A DNA stretch of 64,000 bases, taken from positions 643,146-707,145 of the forward strand of contig CBDAPU010000001.1 of assembly GCA_965198875.1 (NCBI GenBank). Reading direction: 5' to 3'. The DNA is from Gammaproteobacteria bacterium. Lineage in GTDB: Bacteria > Pseudomonadota > Gammaproteobacteria > Eutrophobiales > Eutrophobiaceae. The translations under genes were made by a program, and so were the position numbers. This document shows positions 59,974 to 64,000 of the stretch, piece after piece. The notes under the pieces are model-generated. The model was not told where the DNA came from. It saw only the letters and a list, made by a program, of their open reading frames with translations, and did not search any database. How positions within the stretch are numbered: the first letter of the stretch is position 1; each line of letters begins with the position of its first letter.

Positions 59974-61186
59974 GCTCGGCGCTGTCCCCTTTCCCGAGGC
60001 CATTGCCTATCTCAAGGACAAGGTCGATCTTCCCACCAGGCATTGGGATGACCTGCTGGGTGAGATCCGAGCCAAAGCCTTTGCGGTGGCCGGGGCGACC
60101 AAGGTGGCGATGGTGGGTGACTTCAGGGCAGCGCTGATAAAAACCCGAAAAGCCGGTGGCACCCTTACTGACTTTCGTAAAGACTTCGATCGTATCGTCA
60201 AGCGATACGGCTGGAGCTACAAGGGCAAACGCGGCTGGCGCACCCGCGTCATCTTCGACAACAACATGCGTAGCGCCTCCATGGCCGGTCGCTGGCAGCA
60301 GATGCAACGCACGAAAGAGACACGGCCTTATCTGGAATACTTGTCCGTGGGCGATCGCCGCGTCCGGCCAGAGCACCGAGCCTGGCATGGCCTCATCTTG
60401 CATATTGACGATCCCTTCTGGGATACCCACTACCCCCCGAATGGTTTCGGCTGTCGCTGCACGGTCAGAACCCTAAGCGACAGGCAGCTAGAACAGGAAG
60501 GCAGGCAGGTCGGTAAAGCGCCAGCCTTAAATAAAACTGAGCGCATCAATGCCCGCACCGGCGAGGTCTATGACGCTGTGCCCAAAGGCATCGGTGTGGG
60601 CTGGGACTACAACGTCGGCAAGGCATGGATTGCGCCGGAGAGCGTGTTCGGACAAAGGCTCGCCAGCTTGCCCAAGGCCCTGCGTGATGCCGCCCTGGAA
60701 CAGTTGCCTGGCTTCACCCGTCATCTGCATCGGCCGTATCAGCGCTGGGCAGAGCAGGTGTTGGCGGATGACTACCAGCCACAGAACCGGCAGAAGGTCG
60801 TGGGCTACCTGGATAAGGCCGTGGTGGAGGCCCTTGAGCAGCGGGGTATGACACCCAGAAACCTCACCATTACCCTGACGGATAAGGAATTACGGCATAT
60901 ATACAGAGACAAGAAGAGGAAACGGGGTACATCTGTTCCTAAAGCTGAACTCCTGAACCTGTCCAGGCATATCGAACACCCGCAGGCCGTGTTGTTTGAT
61001 AAAGTCGATCCAGCGTTACTGTATGTCTTTGATGCCGGGGAGAAGGATCGTCTCGGCAAAATTGTGATTCGGGTGAATTACGAGAAGAAGCTCCAATACA
61101 CAAATAGCGTCCGCTCAGGCGGCATGGTGTCGACAATTACTCTGCAAGATAGGAAAAAATATGATCTGGTAAGCGGGGAGTTGTGA
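59948..61186 (+). CDS. phage head morphogenesis protein, Mu F / SPP1 gp7 family
   Basis: RPEHRAWHGLILHIDDPFW...GFGCRCTV is the F-family core. Confidence 0.8.
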   Translation: MSPPMPDVKLGAVPFPEAIAYLKDKVDLPTRHWDDLLGEIRAKAFAVAGATKVAMVGDFRAALIKTRKAGGTLTDFRKDFDRIVKRYGWSYKGKRGWRTRVIFDNNMRSASMAGRWQQMQRTKETRPYLEYLSVGDRRVRPEHRAWHGLILHIDDPFWDTHYPPNGFGCRCTVRTLSDRQLEQEGRQVGKAPALNKTERINARTGEVYDAVPKGIGVGWDYNVGKAWIAPESVFGQRLASLPKALRDAALEQLPGFTRHLHRPYQRWAEQVLADDYQPQNRQKVVGYLDKAVVEALEQRGMTPRNLTITLTDKELRHIYRDKKRKRGTSVPKAELLNLSRHIEHPQAVLFDKVDPALLYVFDAGEKDRLGKIVIRVNYEKKLQYTNSVRSGGMVSTITLQDRKKYDLVSGEL

Positions 61187-61474
61187 TAGTACCATCATCC
61201 GCAAATAGAAATGGCCGCATGGCGGGACGCCATCCAGGTCACTATGCCTGGTTCCCCCGCATGGGCTTCACTATTGCTAGGATAGGACAGCCCGCTGACC
61301 CGGCGATTTTTCAGCCTCACGCGGCACAGTTTCAGTATAACCTTAAACCCGCTGTAAAACCGAATTAAATCCCCTTTAAGCGCCATTAAAATGATCATTT
61401 TCAGGGTATTTTTGGGCATAAAGTGATCATTTTTAGATGATTTTTTGCACATTTTTGTGACATAAAAGTGTATT

Positions 61475-61490
61475 TTTGTCGCAAAATGAA
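61475..61490. repeat. right copy of the 16-bp inverted repeat, TTTGTCGCAAAATGAA, with nearby GATCATTTT direct repeats
   Basis: Reverse complement is identical to 51537-51552. Additional TCATTTT motifs lie at 61390-61430. Confidence 0.6.
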
Positions 61491-61817
61491 TGATTCTTTA
61501 ATTTTCACCCTATATCCCTGAAACCCTTACCCACACTAGCTTTCCGCCCTTTTTTGTCCATTTCCCCCTGTCTCAAAATGATAGATACCCCCCACTACCA
61601 GCAGATCATCGTTCTGAATGAGACTGAAATGATGTAAATAGCACTAAAAGAGGCCACTATCCAGGCACTCACTGAAGGCGATGCAGGCAACCGAAGAAAG
61701 CGGCGTAGTCGATGATGGTGGCAGGCCGGATATACGCCCACTCCGGCAAAGGCAGTTCATCTACATAAGGCTGGCAACGGGATGCGAGGTCATATCGAAC
61801 CTTGATTTCCGTGATTT

Positions 61818-62366
61818 CTAAAGACGCGCATTTTTTCTGATCAGCACGTATAAAGCACCCGTGTCGCCATCGTATCGTTTTGCCGGGCAGTAGGCCAACA
61901 CATCCTGTCTTTGTTGTAGCCACCTGCCGATGTTATTTTTTATGACGGGCCTGCCATCTTTTGATCTTAATCCTTTCCCGTGAATGATTTTCACACAACA
62001 TCGATCGCATTTTGCACATCGACTGAGAAAATCCGCCAACGTATTTTTGGCCTCTTCCGCAGTTAGCCCATGCAGATCCAGCTCCGCTGTGATGGCGAAC
62101 TGGCCGCGTTTTAATTTTTGAAATACCCGGTTTTGGATCCCCGGTTTTTTGTACATCAGTCCATCCCCTGTTTCTCTGTCTTGCGTATCGGGAGAGCCAT
62201 AGGCCATCTCATGGATAACTTTTGCTTCATCGGCGAGCCTTTGGGCGGGTATGGGTGCAGGCTTGTCCCCTTGATGATAGATCGCATCCTGCTTGATGGG
62301 GTTGACCTTGCCAACGGTGTTTCTAAATAGTGCAACGTCATCTTTATCCGGCTTTGAAGAGCCCAT
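61818..62366 (-). CDS. Smr-domain protein
   Basis: C-terminal Smr motif LDLHG...VKIIHGKG. Confidence 0.7.
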   Translation of the reverse strand: MGSSKPDKDDVALFRNTVGKVNPIKQDAIYHQGDKPAPIPAQRLADEAKVIHEMAYGSPDTQDRETGDGLMYKKPGIQNRVFQKLKRGQFAITAELDLHGLTAEEAKNTLADFLSRCAKCDRCCVKIIHGKGLRSKDGRPVIKNNIGRWLQQRQDVLAYCPAKRYDGDTGALYVLIRKNARL

Positions 62367-62422
62367 CAGCAGCGCCCACAGTGAATGCCCATCATATAGA
62401 TTACTGTGTTTTGCCCGCCTTG

Positions 62423-63034
62423 TCAGGGGCGGAGCTGTGATGGGGCCAGCGGTGGCTTCTTGCGGATCTTGATTTTAGATGAACGCAACATCAATAACAG
62501 GGCTAAAATGGCAGCGTAGAGAAGTGGCGGCAGGAGATCGGCTTTTACCAGCCAGAGATAATGTAAAACGGCAAAGACCGCAATCGGGTAAACCAACCTG
62601 TGCAGCTTGCGCCAATTCGCCCCCAGTCTTTGCACCATCTTGTTGGTTGATGTAACCGCAAGGGGAATGAGCAGGATAAAGGCGGCAAATCCGACGGTGA
62701 TATAGGGTCTTCTCGTCACATCCAGCAGAATTTCCCGCCAGTCAAAGAACTGATCCAGCACCAAGTAGGTGGCGAAGTGCAAGCAGGCATAAAAAAAAGC
62801 ATACAAGCCCAGCATTCTTCTATAAGCGATCAGGGCATTTAGACCGGTGAGTTTTCTAAGCGGGGTGATCGCCAGCGTCAAGAGCAGAAAGTTTAGCGCC
62901 CACTCACCCGTGAAGTGGGTGATCTCCTTGATTGGATTGGCCGTTAAGTTATGCGTGAGGGCATTGAATACCAACAACATAAACGGTATCAAACACAGGA
63001 GGAATACGGCGGGTTTGCGGCAGGCAATCCTCAC
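62423..63034 (-). CDS. msrQ: methionine sulfoxide reductase heme-binding membrane subunit
   Basis: 203-aa protein with six TM helices of the ferric-reductase-like YedZ type. Overlaps msrP by one base. Confidence 0.7.
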   Translation of the reverse strand: MRIACRKPAVFLLCLIPFMLLVFNALTHNLTANPIKEITHFTGEWALNFLLLTLAITPLRKLTGLNALIAYRRMLGLYAFFYACLHFATYLVLDQFFDWREILLDVTRRPYITVGFAAFILLIPLAVTSTNKMVQRLGANWRKLHRLVYPIAVFAVLHYLWLVKADLLPPLLYAAILALLLMLRSSKIKIRKKPPLAPSQLRP

Positions 63035-63996
63035 TAATAATGTCTTCGCAGGTCCATGCCCCTGTAAAGCGATGCGACCTCGGCTTCATAGCCGTTAAAC
63101 TTTAATGTCTTGCGTTTAAGGAAATCGCCAATGCGTCTTTCTTTTCTCTGGCTCCAGCGCGGGTGATCAACATCCGGATTGACGTTTGAGTAAAAGCCAT
63201 ATTCATCCGGCGCAGAGATATTCCAGGATGTTTGCGGTCTTCTCTCGGTGAACTCAATCTTGATGACGGACTTGATGCTTTTAAAGCCATACTTCCAGGG
63301 CACAACCAAACGCACAGGCGCGCCATTTTGATTGGGCAATACCTCGCCATATAAACCAACAGCCAGGATAGTCAGGGGATGCATGGCCTCGTCAATACGC
63401 AGGCCCTCGCGATAGGGCCAACGTAATACGCCTCTCCTTAAACCCGGCATCTCTTCAGGGCGCATGACGGTGGTAAAAGCGACATATTTTGCATTGGCGG
63501 TGGGCGCAAACCGCTTCAAAACATCAGCCAGGGGGACGCCTACCCAGGGGATCACCATAGACCAGGCCTCAACGCAGCGCAGACGATAGATCCGCTCCTC
63601 TAACTGATGTTCTTTGATGATGTCTTCATAGTCATAGACGCCGGGCTTCATACATTCGCCTTCAATCGCAATAGACCAGGGCAGGGGTTTGAAATTGCCG
63701 GAGTAGCGTGCCGGGTCTCTTTTATCTGTGCCAAACTCGTAGAAATTGTTGTAGCTGGTCACGGCGTCATAGGGGGTTAACTCTTCATCGGTGGAGAAGG
63801 CATGGTTTTTGACTGTTGATAATGTCGTGGCGGCCTCTGCGCTATCCATGGGCAGTATTAAACCGGGCGCCGAAGCGGCCAAGGTGCCGGCGATACCCAG
63901 TTTTGTTGCATCCTGCATGAGCTTACGCCTGCTTAAATACACCTTTTTATCGGTGATGTTAGATGGTTTTATATCGTCAGGTTTTTTAATCAGCAC
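63034..63996 (-). CDS. msrP: molybdopterin-dependent methionine sulfoxide reductase catalytic subunit
   Basis: Tat-like signal ([15 protein letters not shown]) and a YedY/sulfite-oxidase-like Moco domain. A GTG start lies 4 bp from the window end, so the true start may be outside. Confidence 0.75.
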   Translation of the reverse strand: MLIKKPDDIKPSNITDKKVYLSRRKLMQDATKLGIAGTLAASAPGLILPMDSAEAATTLSTVKNHAFSTDEELTPYDAVTSYNNFYEFGTDKRDPARYSGNFKPLPWSIAIEGECMKPGVYDYEDIIKEHQLEERIYRLRCVEAWSMVIPWVGVPLADVLKRFAPTANAKYVAFTTVMRPEEMPGLRRGVLRWPYREGLRIDEAMHPLTILAVGLYGEVLPNQNGAPVRLVVPWKYGFKSIKSVIKIEFTERRPQTSWNISAPDEYGFYSNVNPDVDHPRWSQRKERRIGDFLKRKTLKFNGYEAEVASLYRGMDLRRHY

Positions 63997-64000
63997 ATTA

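Overview
This 64-kb segment is about 55% GC and gene-dense, of gammaproteobacterial type. It begins with housekeeping genes: the aceE 3' end, aceF and a NUDIX hydrolase. At 3.0-6.1 kb a low-GC island carries a type II restriction-modification module. Its C-protein gene, nuclease candidate and convergent C5-cytosine methyltransferase sit in the usual arrangement. After an alpha/beta hydrolase gene, argG and an ETF-ubiquinone oxidoreductase gene comes a TonB2/Ttp-type energy-transduction cluster: TPR protein, TonB, ExbD, ExbB, a long MotA/TolQ protein and a DUF3450-like protein. At 17.7-34.7 kb lies an unusual tandem type I-C CRISPR-Cas locus. It starts with an orphan cas5c, continues with a first interference module (cas3-cas5c-cas8c-cas7), and ends with a second, complete system (cas3-cas5c-cas8c-cas7-cas4-cas1-cas2) feeding one 23-repeat array. 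The array contains two internally duplicated spacers and one spacer-less truncated repeat. The terminal repeat of the array overlaps the 3' end of a convergent ~970-aa RTX-like repeat protein. The 5' end of that gene carries a G11 tract that currently puts the ATG and signal peptide out of frame, which suggests phase variation. Downstream lie a phasin gene, a sirtuin gene, and a gene for a REC-GGDEF(degenerate)-EAL(degenerate) protein with a ~300-aa EAKAR-type low-complexity region that includes a 228-bp tandem duplication. They are followed by an AGCS transporter gene, a GST gene, an MBL hydrolase gene, sfsA, phaC, and a small AT-rich cargo with a lipoprotein gene. At 51.7-61.2 kb sits a defective mosaic prophage remnant. 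Its P2-like tail genes are tube, E/E' with a TTTTTTG slippery site, a frameshifted tape measure, U, X and D. They are arranged divergently from Mu-like head genes (terminase, DUF935 portal, F). The remnant is bracketed by perfect 16-bp inverted repeats with iteron-like motifs. The window ends with genes for an Smr protein and msrQ/msrP. No rRNA or tRNA genes were recognised.
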